The notes under the pieces are model-generated. The model worked only from the letters and a program-made list of their open reading frames with translations, was not told the origin of the DNA and did no database searches. A program made the position numbers and the translations under genes. A DNA stretch of 64,000 bases from an uncultured bacterium (GTDB lineage Bacteria > Fidelibacterota > Marinisomatia > SCGC-AAA003-L08 > JACNLC01), in the NCBI GenBank assembly GCA_964527215.1, contig CAZGNZ010000018.1, positions 16,523 to 80,522 of the forward strand, read 5' to 3'. Shown one piece after another: positions 51,773 to 61,209 of the stretch; position 1 is the first letter of the stretch; each line of letters begins with the position of its first letter.

Positions 51773-53593
51773 ATGAAAAATCTGATTTTAATCCTCATAC
51801 CGATCTTCATCTGGAGCTGCAGGCAGTTTCCCGATGTCAGAACGCAGCCTGAAATTCTCGTTGATGACCTGCACCAGCATATTGCTTTTCTCTCATCTGA
51901 TGAGATGGAAGGACGGCTGGCAGGCTCCCGGTTTGACGAAATCACAGCCCAGTATCTGGCCCGCCAGTTTGAACACTATGGTCTGGAAAAGATAGACGGC
52001 AGTTATTTTCAGGAGTTTGAATTCCGTTCCGGCGTAGAACCCGGCCCCGGCAGTTTCATACATATTAAAACCCCGAATTTCCTCAAGCTGACCGACCGTC
52101 AATTTTCGGTTATGGGATTCTCTTCTTCCGACACCGTACAGTCCGAGCTGGTTTTTGCCGGTTACGGCATCACAGAACCGGAAGTGGATTATGACGACTA
52201 TGCCGGACTGGATGTCACGGGAAAAACCGTTTTGGTTATGCGGTTCACTCCAGAGGGAAATACACGCGGAACGCCCTTTTCAAAACACGCTCCTTTCAGA
52301 CATAAAGCCAAACTCGCCCAGGAAAACGGCGCGCGCGCGATCTGGTTTGTCACCGGGCCGGAACATGCTGATTCGGATGACCCGCTGGTTGCTGCTGTCA
52401 ATGCCGGTGCTGCTTCCGAACTGGGAATTCCCGCCTTTCATGTGAAGCACGATGTCGCTGATCAGATTTTGGCGGATAACGGACATCCGTCGTTATCTGA
52501 ACTGCAGGATATGATCCTGAATGAATCTCAACCCACTCCATTCAGCTTCAATATCGGCGCAACTGTACAGCTGAGGGCTGAACTCTATCATACCGTTAAA
52601 ACATCCCGCAATGTGGCTGGTGCACTGCCGGGATACGGGAAACTGAAAGATGAATGGATCGTGGTCGGCGCGCACTTCGACCATCTTGGCTGGGGAGGTC
52701 CGGCAACCACATCCAAAGCTCCCGGAGTGTATGACGTCCATAACGGAGCTGATGACAATGCTTCCGGTACAGCCGGTCTGCTGGAACTGGCGGAGTTTTT
52801 TGCAGAAGAGATCTCCGCAGATTCAAGTCGGCGTTCCATCCTGTTTATGGGATTCGGTGCGGAAGAACTCGGACTTCTTGGGTCTTCATATGCAGCAAAC
52901 CACCCCCTCGTACCCCTGGATCAGACTGTGGCTATGCTGAATCTGGATATGATTGGAACCCTTAGCTCAAACAATATGATTTTGGGAGGAACGGGTACTT
53001 CAACACACTGGGAGGCCCTTCTTAACCAGCAAAATACGGATCAGTTTAACCTCTCATTCAATGCCGAAGGATACGGATCAGGAGATCATCAGTCCTTTTT
53101 TCTGAAGAATATTCCGGTTTTGTTTTTCTTTACCGGAGCTCATGAACGATACCATAAACCTACTGATGACATTGAGTTTATAAATTTTGAAGGCTTGCTG
53201 AAAGTTACCCGGTATGTGCAGAGGTGCCTGCATCAAATTGCTGTAAATCCGGAACGGCCGGATTTTATCAAGGCCGAAAATCCGTCAGCCGGTCATCAGC
53301 GGGGATATTCTGTTACGATTGGAGTGATTCCGGATTTTACATTTACGGGTGACGGCTTTCGCATCAGTGATGTACGGTCCAACGGACCCGCCGCCAAGGC
53401 AGGAATGAAACCTCAGGACATCATTATCAGCATGAATGGAATTTCTGTTTTGAACATTCATGACTACATGTATGCTCTTGAACAGTCGAACACAAGCCAT
53501 GAAGTCCCTGTTGAAGTACTGAGAGATGAAACACAGATAACGCTGATGGTGACACCCTCCAAAAAAACAGATGCTTCCCGGCATCCTGAATAA
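51773..53593 (+). CDS. M28 aminopeptidase lipoprotein with PA and PDZ domains
   Basis: WSC lipobox, GAHFDHLG, NGADDNASG, AEELG, NLDMIG, YHKPTD and C-terminal PDZ. Confidence 0.92.
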   Translation: MKNLILILIPIFIWSCRQFPDVRTQPEILVDDLHQHIAFLSSDEMEGRLAGSRFDEITAQYLARQFEHYGLEKIDGSYFQEFEFRSGVEPGPGSFIHIKTPNFLKLTDRQFSVMGFSSSDTVQSELVFAGYGITEPEVDYDDYAGLDVTGKTVLVMRFTPEGNTRGTPFSKHAPFRHKAKLAQENGARAIWFVTGPEHADSDDPLVAAVNAGAASELGIPAFHVKHDVADQILADNGHPSLSELQDMILNESQPTPFSFNIGATVQLRAELYHTVKTSRNVAGALPGYGKLKDEWIVVGAHFDHLGWGGPATTSKAPGVYDVHNGADDNASGTAGLLELAEFFAEEISADSSRRSILFMGFGAEELGLLGSSYAANHPLVPLDQTVAMLNLDMIGTLSSNNMILGGTGTSTHWEALLNQQNTDQFNLSFNAEGYGSGDHQSFFLKNIPVLFFFTGAHERYHKPTDDIEFINFEGLLKVTRYVQRCLHQIAVNPERPDFIKAENPSAGHQRGYSVTIGVIPDFTFTGDGFRISDVRSNGPAAKAGMKPQDIIISMNGISVLNIHDYMYALEQSNTSHEVPVEVLRDETQITLMVTPSKKTDASRHPE

Positions 53594-53697
53594 GCGGAAA
53601 AATCCGGGGTCTGCCGCCAGGGAATAATCCTGCCTGGTGCTTCTCAGGTCAGCGGAAACTGAAATGCTCCGGATTGAATGATTTGCCTGATGATTCG

Positions 53698-54603
53698 CTA
53701 CTGCCAGATCAGGCTGAATCCCCAAACCTGTCCGACAGATCCCAGATGCCTGATTCCGATATCGGTGGTCAGTGAGTGCCAGGTCCAGCCGAATCCGAAT
53801 CCCATTCCCGTTAAAAGCCGCTCATTCCATTCACCTTCTCCAAGTTTGTCGGTATTGTCATCCAGGCTGATACCGAATCGGATGCCGTTTTGAAGGGAAA
53901 ATTCAATCAAACCCAGCAGCTGGGAATCCTGATTCCGGTATTGTTTATAGTCAATACTGATGAGTGCCGGTAAATGCTGGGGATAGTAATACACGCCAAA
54001 TCGTTGTGCCGCGGGCAGCGGTTCTTCCTTTGATAGATATGGTTCCGTCGTTTTTCCAAGGTTTTCCACGGAGTAGCCCAACCCGAGCCGTTTGTTGAAC
54101 AAACGGGTTTTCACACCCAGATTAACCTGCAGGGATGATGCTGTATAATTTTCTATTTTGCTGTAGCCCGATCCCAGAGACACTCCCCAAGAAAACAAGC
54201 CCGGGACGGTTTGTTTATATGCAACCCGTAACCAGGCATCCCGGGCTGAGAAGGAATTTTGAGATTGGAAATCAGTCAGTTCACCGTAATCAAGAATGCA
54301 GATACCCGCTCCGAATATTCCGGTCTTTATAGGGTGGGCACAGTACAGCTGGTATCCCTGAATATTTTCAGGATAGATCAGTGATGTCAAGCCGAAAGCA
54401 GTCTTATCTGCTTCTAGAGCAGCGGGATTGGGTGAAATTTCTTCTCCCGGCAGAATTGCAGCTCCTCCGGATCGGCCGAGACTGAGAGCAGAGAACGGCA
54501 GATTAAATATTTGCCAGGCATGCTGACTCCAGAGAGCTGCGGTGAAAACAATTATCCATGCAGACCCCTTGAAGAATTTGATCAATTTTAATAATAACAT
54601 CAT
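53698..54603 (-). CDS. PorV/PorQ-like outer-membrane beta-barrel (T9SS-associated)
   Basis: Signal peptide; SA.SLGR.G....NPAAL; LDYGE; ENLG; amphipathic strands ending FSLIWQ. Confidence 0.65.
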   Translation of the reverse strand: MMLLLKLIKFFKGSAWIIVFTAALWSQHAWQIFNLPFSALSLGRSGGAAILPGEEISPNPAALEADKTAFGLTSLIYPENIQGYQLYCAHPIKTGIFGAGICILDYGELTDFQSQNSFSARDAWLRVAYKQTVPGLFSWGVSLGSGYSKIENYTASSLQVNLGVKTRLFNKRLGLGYSVENLGKTTEPYLSKEEPLPAAQRFGVYYYPQHLPALISIDYKQYRNQDSQLLGLIEFSLQNGIRFGISLDDNTDKLGEGEWNERLLTGMGFGFGWTWHSLTTDIGIRHLGSVGQVWGFSLIWQ

Positions 54604-54736
54604 TTTGATAAGAGTGTTGCCATTCGGTTACAGGTGCAGGCGAAGTCCCTTGGAGCAGACACAACCCAGTGATTACCCGCTCCGTCCTCACATGAATTTT
54701 ACTGCCGCTCAGTAATCCGGACCCAGCAATTTGGTC

Positions 54737-55654
54737 TCAGGCCCAGGCCTGGGGATCGTTGTCATTCTGATACTGCTGCAGTTCCTCCTCAATTTCCCAC
54801 AGACGTTTCTTCTGCCGGCCGACCCGCCATTTGATGACAAACCCGATAACCAGGATTACCGGCAGGGCAATATACAGCAGTCGGGGCGCCTGAATCAGAA
54901 ACAGCCAGCTGTAGTTCTGTTTTAAAAATTTGCCGTACCGCTCCTGGAAATCCAGCAAATCATTGTCCGTCAGCAAAAAAAACGCATCTTCGAAAGGGGT
55001 GCCGCTGCGCATCAGATTCAGCAGGGTCTTGTGAATGTCTCCCCCATAGATTTCTTCCATGGCAATTACGGCAGCCGCCGCCTGCGCATATGCCAGGTTG
55101 ACGTCATGGTTTTGTCGAACCCCGAAGTATGTAAGCTGAGACAGGGCAAATAGCTTCCCCTGCCATCTCGCTGCGGATATGGAAATTCTCTGACTCAGCG
55201 ACAATTCCCCTGCCGCGCGCATCGCCAGTCCTTCCAGATACCAGGCCGGTACTTCATCCATTCCGGGAATTCGGTACATGTATATGTGGTTCAATTCATG
55301 CTGCAGTATCTCGCGAAGCCGTGTCAGCCCGAAGGGTGCAATATCCGGAGACTTGATCACCACCCGGTTCAGTTTCCGAATGGCAACACCGGCACTCCAT
55401 TCAGGGGCATATCCCCGGGTCAGCTTTTTAAAACTCTGTTCGCTGGGGGCCACAATTACCTCCAGCGGCTGAATGGGAACACTGCCGAATTCGAGTACAA
55501 ATTCCCGAAGATCATTTTTAATATCGTTTTCCAGCATGCGGATGGTCTGAATATCATCACTGACAAAATCCAGGCGGCAGGTGCCAATGGCGGTGTAAAA
55601 CGGATTGGCCGTCAGTCCGGCAAGGAAGAGCAGCAAAGTAAAAAAGGTCTTCAT
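54737..55654 (-). CDS. Peptidase MA-like metalloprotease, C-terminally membrane anchored
   Basis: HELNH...PAWYLEGLA; signal peptide and C-terminal TM; overlaps priA by 4 bp. Confidence 0.8.
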   Translation of the reverse strand: MKTFFTLLLFLAGLTANPFYTAIGTCRLDFVSDDIQTIRMLENDIKNDLREFVLEFGSVPIQPLEVIVAPSEQSFKKLTRGYAPEWSAGVAIRKLNRVVIKSPDIAPFGLTRLREILQHELNHIYMYRIPGMDEVPAWYLEGLAMRAAGELSLSQRISISAARWQGKLFALSQLTYFGVRQNHDVNLAYAQAAAAVIAMEEIYGGDIHKTLLNLMRSGTPFEDAFFLLTDNDLLDFQERYGKFLKQNYSWLFLIQAPRLLYIALPVILVIGFVIKWRVGRQKKRLWEIEEELQQYQNDNDPQAWA

Positions 55655-57873
55655 AATGTGGATACCGGATCTACATCCACCTGAACGCTAATGCCATCGG
55701 TCATTCTTTCCATATAACGGCCTACCATTTCCTGATAAAACTGCTTCTGAAACTGAAGCGGCTGCTCACGGGGCACTTTTATGATGATGTGACAGCGGTA
55801 TTTATTGCGCAGTTTTTCCAAAGGGGCCGGTGCAGGTCCCAACGTGGTAATGACGCTGTCCTGTCTGAATTTTTTGCTCAGATTCCGAGCCAGATCCATC
55901 GTTTTCTGCCTGTCCGGGCCAGAAAACAGTATTCGAACCAGTCTAGAGAATGGAGGGTAAAACAATTCATTCCTCTGGGACAGGGCAATCTGTGTGAATT
56001 TCTGAATATCCAGAGCCGCTGCTGCTTTGATGATTGGATCATCCGGATTATAGGTTTGAATCACGGCACGTCCCGGTTTCAGATGCCGTCCGGCACGTCC
56101 TGCAACCTGGTATATGAGCTGAAAAATGCGTTCACCGGCCCGAAAGTCAGGCAGAAACAGCCCCGCATCCGCGCTGATAACCCCGACCAGCGTCACATTT
56201 TCAAAATCAAGTCCTTTGGCCACCATCTGGGTTCCAAGCAGAATATCGGTTTTCCGCTGACGGAAACGCTCCAGAATATGATAGTGTTCGCCCCGTTTCC
56301 GCACCGTATCCAGATCCATCCTTTCCACATGCACGCCCGGAAATATCCGGATAATTTCGTCTTCCACTTTCTGAGTACCGGCTCCGCTGAGCTCCAAATC
56401 TTTTTCGCCGCATTCACTGCAGTTTTCCGGAAGGCTGCAGGTATAGTCACAATAATGGCAAACCATCTGATTTCCGGAACGGTGGTAGGTCAGGGCAACT
56501 GCACAATGGGGACATTCAACGATTTTCCCGCATGAACAGCATCTGAGAATGGGCGCAAATCCCCGTCTGTTCTGAAGCAGGATTACCTGTTCCCTGCGAT
56601 CGATGCAGCCCTGGATTTCCTCATGGAGACAGCGGCTGAATACGGTGGGCTGATGTGCTCTAAGCCGGGGTTCGTGCCGCATGTCCACCAGAGTCACTTT
56701 CGGATAGACAGCCGTTCCATACCTCTTTGTCAGTTCCAGCCGCTTCAGTCGACCCATGATGCTGTTGTAGTGAGATTCCAGAGACGGTGTTGCAGAGGTG
56801 AGAATGACGGTCGCTGCTGCATATTTTCCCCGCATCAGCGCCACATCTCTGGCATGGTATCTTGGAACACTCCCTTCCTGCTTATACGTTGTTTCCTGTT
56901 CTTCATCCATGACAATCAATCCCAGATTCTGCAGCGGTGCGAATACCCCGGAACGGGCACCTACAAGAACTTTGTAGCGACCCCGCTTGAGCTGCTGCCA
57001 TGTCCAGCCCTTTTCCGCATTTGTCATTCGGCTGTGCCATAATGCCACTGAATTTCCAAACAAACCGCGAAATCGTGAGGCAACTTGCGGGGTCAATGCA
57101 ATTTCAGGCACCAGAATCAGCGCTGATCCCCCTTGATCAACGGTGTACTGGGTAAGTTTCAAATAGACTTCCGTCTTTCCGCTTCCGGTAACCCCCTTCA
57201 TCAGACAGGGTTTGAAACGACCGCTTTCCAAATCGGCAACCAGTTCCTCATACACCTGGACCTGTTCATCGTTCAGCTTTATATTGCGCGGCTTTTCAAT
57301 TTCGATATCATTGAACGGATCAGGAGGACGCTGGATTTCATCCAACCGAACCCATCCCTTGTTTTCCAGCCGTCTGACCACCTGCAGGGGATTTTTACAC
57401 AGCGGTTTGAGTTGTGTTACCGGTACGGCAGTTTCAGTGAAGCGAAGCATTTCCAGAACTGCCCTCTGCGCGTAATATCTTTCAGGAATATTCTCCGGCT
57501 GCTGCTGCATGCCTGCATCCGTGACAGATACCAGATATTCGGTTGGAGGCTGATAGGGTTTTTGGAAACTGTAGGGGATCGCGGCTCGAAGAACTTTTCC
57601 CATCGGAGCCAGATAATAGCGTGCCGTCCATTCCAGGGTTCGCCACAATTCAGAAGGCAGATTAAGTTCCCTGTCGAAGATTTTTTCTATTGGTCTGATA
57701 TGTCCCTCAAATGCGGTTTTTTGAGAAACGGCGACCACAAATCCGATTCGGCTGGAATTCCCAACCGGGGCCTGAACACAGGATCCCGCACCAATCTCAC
57801 CTGCAAGAAAATCCGGCACCTGATAGTCAAATGCCTGAAAACGGGACATTGGAAAGATAACCTGTGCGTACAT
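55651..57873 (-). CDS. priA: Primosomal protein N' (replication restart helicase)
   Basis: GVTGSGKTEVY, LVPEIALTPQ, DEE, SATPS, Cys-rich Zn region and GTQMVAKGLDF; start taken at MYAQV. Confidence 0.96.
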   Translation of the reverse strand: MYAQVIFPMSRFQAFDYQVPDFLAGEIGAGSCVQAPVGNSSRIGFVVAVSQKTAFEGHIRPIEKIFDRELNLPSELWRTLEWTARYYLAPMGKVLRAAIPYSFQKPYQPPTEYLVSVTDAGMQQQPENIPERYYAQRAVLEMLRFTETAVPVTQLKPLCKNPLQVVRRLENKGWVRLDEIQRPPDPFNDIEIEKPRNIKLNDEQVQVYEELVADLESGRFKPCLMKGVTGSGKTEVYLKLTQYTVDQGGSALILVPEIALTPQVASRFRGLFGNSVALWHSRMTNAEKGWTWQQLKRGRYKVLVGARSGVFAPLQNLGLIVMDEEQETTYKQEGSVPRYHARDVALMRGKYAAATVILTSATPSLESHYNSIMGRLKRLELTKRYGTAVYPKVTLVDMRHEPRLRAHQPTVFSRCLHEEIQGCIDRREQVILLQNRRGFAPILRCCSCGKIVECPHCAVALTYHRSGNQMVCHYCDYTCSLPENCSECGEKDLELSGAGTQKVEDEIIRIFPGVHVERMDLDTVRKRGEHYHILERFRQRKTDILLGTQMVAKGLDFENVTLVGVISADAGLFLPDFRAGERIFQLIYQVAGRAGRHLKPGRAVIQTYNPDDPIIKAAAALDIQKFTQIALSQRNELFYPPFSRLVRILFSGPDRQKTMDLARNLSKKFRQDSVITTLGPAPAPLEKLRNKYRCHIIIKVPREQPLQFQKQFYQEMVGRYMERMTDGISVQVDVDPVSTL

Positions 57874-58156
57874 AGCCTTGAAATTTAACGCCATCCTGCA
57901 GGCAGAAAGGGTGTTGAAATTTGAACAAAATGACCTGCGGTGAGATCGATGTTTCATGACTGCCGTTCAAAAACCATGCTTGGCACCCCGGCCGGATATC
58001 TACCGCCGAATTCAGCATCCGCATGGCAGATTGTCATGGATGGGCAGGAATATTTCCCTGCTGCCCCCAACCGCATACCTCCGTATGCAGTGTTTTATGG
58101 ATTCGGGAAATCCGGAAATTGAAGTAATTTTATTGGATGGTTAGTTCGAAGTATTC

Positions 58157-60397
58157 GTGAATAAGACAAACAATATACTGATCTTTCTGGCTCTCGTCTT
58201 GTCAGCGATTCATGCAGATGATAATTCCTGGATGGTGTATGATGACACGGAAGTCTCCATTGTGCAGATTGAAATAGATCCTGAAGCGCTTGCCTGGATT
58301 TATAATAATCCGGAAAGCGACAGCCTGCACCTGGCCCAGTTTCATTTTCACAATGCCCATATCGATGAGGCCGTGACCGACATCGGATTTCGACTGAGGG
58401 GCAATACTTCCCGCCAGGCATTAAAAAAATCCTTTAAAATATCCTTTAATACATTCGCCCCGGGACGGCAGTTTTACGGTCTGGATAAAATGAATCTGAA
58501 TGGCGAGCATAATGATCCGGCCATCGTCCGGTCAAAACTGTGCTGGGACTGGTTTGGCGAAATCGGACTGACGGCTTCCCGGGCAGCGCAGACAGCTGTG
58601 TACATTAACGGAAATTTCTACGGATTATACACCTCGGTGGAACACATCGACGAAGAATTCATCAGTAGAAATTATCATGACGACAGCGGTAACCTGTGGA
58701 AATGTCTGTGGCCGGCAGATCTGACGTATCAGGGGCCCAATCCTGAAGATTATCATCCCTATTTTGATGAAGTGCGTCCGTATCAGCTGAAAACAAATGT
58801 GGATGAGTATGACTATACAAACCTGGCGCATTTCATTGATATCCTGAACAACACTCCTGACAATCAATTGACAGACTCACTGGAAACGGTGCTGGATGTA
58901 CCGGATGTGCTGAAATATTTTGCCTCCAATGTTCTTCTGGGAAGCTGGGACGAGTACTGGTTCCTTATGAACAATTTTTATCTTTATCACCATCCGTCGA
59001 ATCACAGAATGCATCTTATTCCTTATGACTACGACAATACGCTGGGAATTGACTGGTTTGATATTGAGTGGGCAGAGACAAATCCATATGTGTTTCCTGT
59101 GATAGACGGAGGCCCCCGTCCTTTGGCCACACGCCTTCTGGATCAGTCCGGATATCATAACCTGTACACACATTTTCTGTACCATTTTGCAGAGCACCTT
59201 CTTGATCCGGAATCATGGGCTTCCCGACTTTCTCAGTACAGAGCCGTAAATCTTCCCTGGGCTGAAATTGACAGCTTTCGCCGGCTGGACTATGGGTTTG
59301 ATGATGACAGCGGAATTGAGGACTTCAGTCAGTCCTACGATCATCCCGACTATGAAAATCAGCATGTCTCACACAGTATTCTGCAGTTTGTCGAAATGCG
59401 TTCCGCCAGTATCAATCCGCACCTTTTTTACTTCAGTGCCCCGCCCGTCGTGTATCATCTAGAACTGATCCCTCCGCGGCCAACAGCGGAGGATACCATT
59501 CGGTTTGAAACGGCTGCATTTGATGAAGCGGGACTGACATTTGTACAGGTTCAGCTTGATTTTGATGATGGCGCCACTCAGTATCATCTGATGTCTCACC
59601 AGCCTGTTGCAGGTTCAGCTGTTCCTGAGGATGCCGACCGCTGGACAGTCAGTGTACCACCGTTGCCGGCAGGCACTGAAGTGCAGGTCAGAATTATCGC
59701 CATGGATCAATCAGGGAACAGTATTCAGTATCCCGGTGAACCGCTTGATCTGACTATCCCGCAGACTTTTCCCGTGTCTGTCGTCCTAAACGAGTTCATG
59801 GCCCGGAACGACACCACCATCAGCGATGAGTTTGGTGAGTTTGATGACTGGGTGGAATTAAAAAACACCACGGGGAGTGCTGTCGATCTCAATGGCTGGT
59901 ATCTTTCCGACCGCAGCAGCAATTTGACAAAATGGCAGTTGAACGCCTCGAACCTGAACCTTCAGCCGGGTGCCTACCAGCTGATCTGGCTTGACGGACA
60001 GGATGAGCAGGGACCGTTTCATGCCGGTTTCAGACTGGATGGTGACGGGGAATTTCTGGCTCTGACGGCACCCGACGGAATTACGGTCATGGATTCGCTG
60101 TCATTTGGTCCGCAGGAAAACGATGTTTCTCTTGCCCGCATTCCGGATGGAACCGGTGATTGGCTGTTCTCAGATTCTCCCACACCGTATTCTTACAATC
60201 TTATCCTGACCGGTGTGCCGGGAGATATTAACGGAGATGAAACATTGGATGTACTGGATGTGGTTTTGCTGGCGGATTGGATTATCAGCGGAATCACTCC
60301 TTCTTCGGAGTTTCTGACAGTAACGGACATGTCCGAAGATAATACCCTTGATGTTCTGGATATAATCATTCTGGTGGATATGATACTCCACCCTTAA
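58157..60397 (+). CDS. Secreted CotH-family kinase with lamin-tail domain and C-terminal dockerin
   Basis: RLRGNTS, KKSFKI, GLY..VE, NNFYLY and IPYDYD (CotH); LNEFMA.N...DWVEL.N (LTD); GDINGDETLDVLD (dockerin). Confidence 0.88.
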   Translation: MNKTNNILIFLALVLSAIHADDNSWMVYDDTEVSIVQIEIDPEALAWIYNNPESDSLHLAQFHFHNAHIDEAVTDIGFRLRGNTSRQALKKSFKISFNTFAPGRQFYGLDKMNLNGEHNDPAIVRSKLCWDWFGEIGLTASRAAQTAVYINGNFYGLYTSVEHIDEEFISRNYHDDSGNLWKCLWPADLTYQGPNPEDYHPYFDEVRPYQLKTNVDEYDYTNLAHFIDILNNTPDNQLTDSLETVLDVPDVLKYFASNVLLGSWDEYWFLMNNFYLYHHPSNHRMHLIPYDYDNTLGIDWFDIEWAETNPYVFPVIDGGPRPLATRLLDQSGYHNLYTHFLYHFAEHLLDPESWASRLSQYRAVNLPWAEIDSFRRLDYGFDDDSGIEDFSQSYDHPDYENQHVSHSILQFVEMRSASINPHLFYFSAPPVVYHLELIPPRPTAEDTIRFETAAFDEAGLTFVQVQLDFDDGATQYHLMSHQPVAGSAVPEDADRWTVSVPPLPAGTEVQVRIIAMDQSGNSIQYPGEPLDLTIPQTFPVSVVLNEFMARNDTTISDEFGEFDDWVELKNTTGSAVDLNGWYLSDRSSNLTKWQLNASNLNLQPGAYQLIWLDGQDEQGPFHAGFRLDGDGEFLALTAPDGITVMDSLSFGPQENDVSLARIPDGTGDWLFSDSPTPYSYNLILTGVPGDINGDETLDVLDVVLLADWIISGITPSSEFLTVTDMSEDNTLDVLDIIILVDMILHP

Positions 60398-60456
60398 CAG
60401 GATTTTTTTACGGAATTAATTTAAATCGATTGAAAAAAGAAAAGGATCACAGGAAT

Positions 60457-61203
60457 ATGGATCGCAGACAATTCATAAAATCCACTTTGGGACTTGGTGC
60501 AGCCGGTTTGCTTCCCGGCCTGCTGACGGCTCAGGGTCAGGCAAAGGTTGTATCTTCCTTTGATATCTGGGAGCTGGTGGGAAAAACCAAACCGGCCCTG
60601 TACGGCGATGATTTTCGCCTTCGAAAGCTGGCGGCTGAGGCATTCAAGGATATGCGTGCGGATGCCATGAAAGTTGGTATCAATATTTACTCACAGTCCA
60701 GTTACCGTGGATTTCAGCATCAGCTGCGCATCTGGAATTCCAAATTCAAGTCGCATATTGAAAAAGGTGCCGCGCCGGAGCAGGCCCTGGAAAGAAGTCT
60801 GCTTGATTCGGCTATCCCCGGAACATCCCGGCATCACTGGGGCACAGATTTAGACATGATCGACGCAGCCGTCATGCCGCAGCCTCTCCAGCGGCTGGAA
60901 ATTCAAAATTTCAAAATGGGCGGTGCATACGAACATCTGGCGTTCTGGCTGAGTGAACACGCAATAAAGTACAATTATCATCTCACCTATACGGAAGATA
61001 AAACCCGGACCGGCTTCAAACATGAACCCTGGCAGTACAGTTTTGCCGAATTATCCGTGCCCATCATTCGGGATTTCAAACGTTCAAACTGGAAGCCGAT
61101 CCTGAAAGACAACAGCATACTTGGCTATCAGCTTTTCACTACTGAATTTTTGACCTCCTACGAGCTGAAGTACGTTCTGGGCATCAACCCCAAACTCAAA
61201 TAA
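60457..61203 (+). CDS. Tat-exported M15B D,D-carboxypeptidase (VanY-like)
   Basis: MDRRQFIK Tat signal; SSYR, SAIPGTSRHHWGTDLD and EPWQ motifs. Confidence 0.85.
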   Translation: MDRRQFIKSTLGLGAAGLLPGLLTAQGQAKVVSSFDIWELVGKTKPALYGDDFRLRKLAAEAFKDMRADAMKVGINIYSQSSYRGFQHQLRIWNSKFKSHIEKGAAPEQALERSLLDSAIPGTSRHHWGTDLDMIDAAVMPQPLQRLEIQNFKMGGAYEHLAFWLSEHAIKYNYHLTYTEDKTRTGFKHEPWQYSFAELSVPIIRDFKRSNWKPILKDNSILGYQLFTTEFLTSYELKYVLGINPKLK

Positions 61204-61209
61204 TCCGGA

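Noticed and set aside
54652-54692. Hairpin ggagc...gctcc followed by tcctcac, considered as a riboswitch or HDV-like ribozyme
   Set aside because: The required P1/P3 pairings and any riboswitch consensus could not be built; only a simple hairpin is supported.
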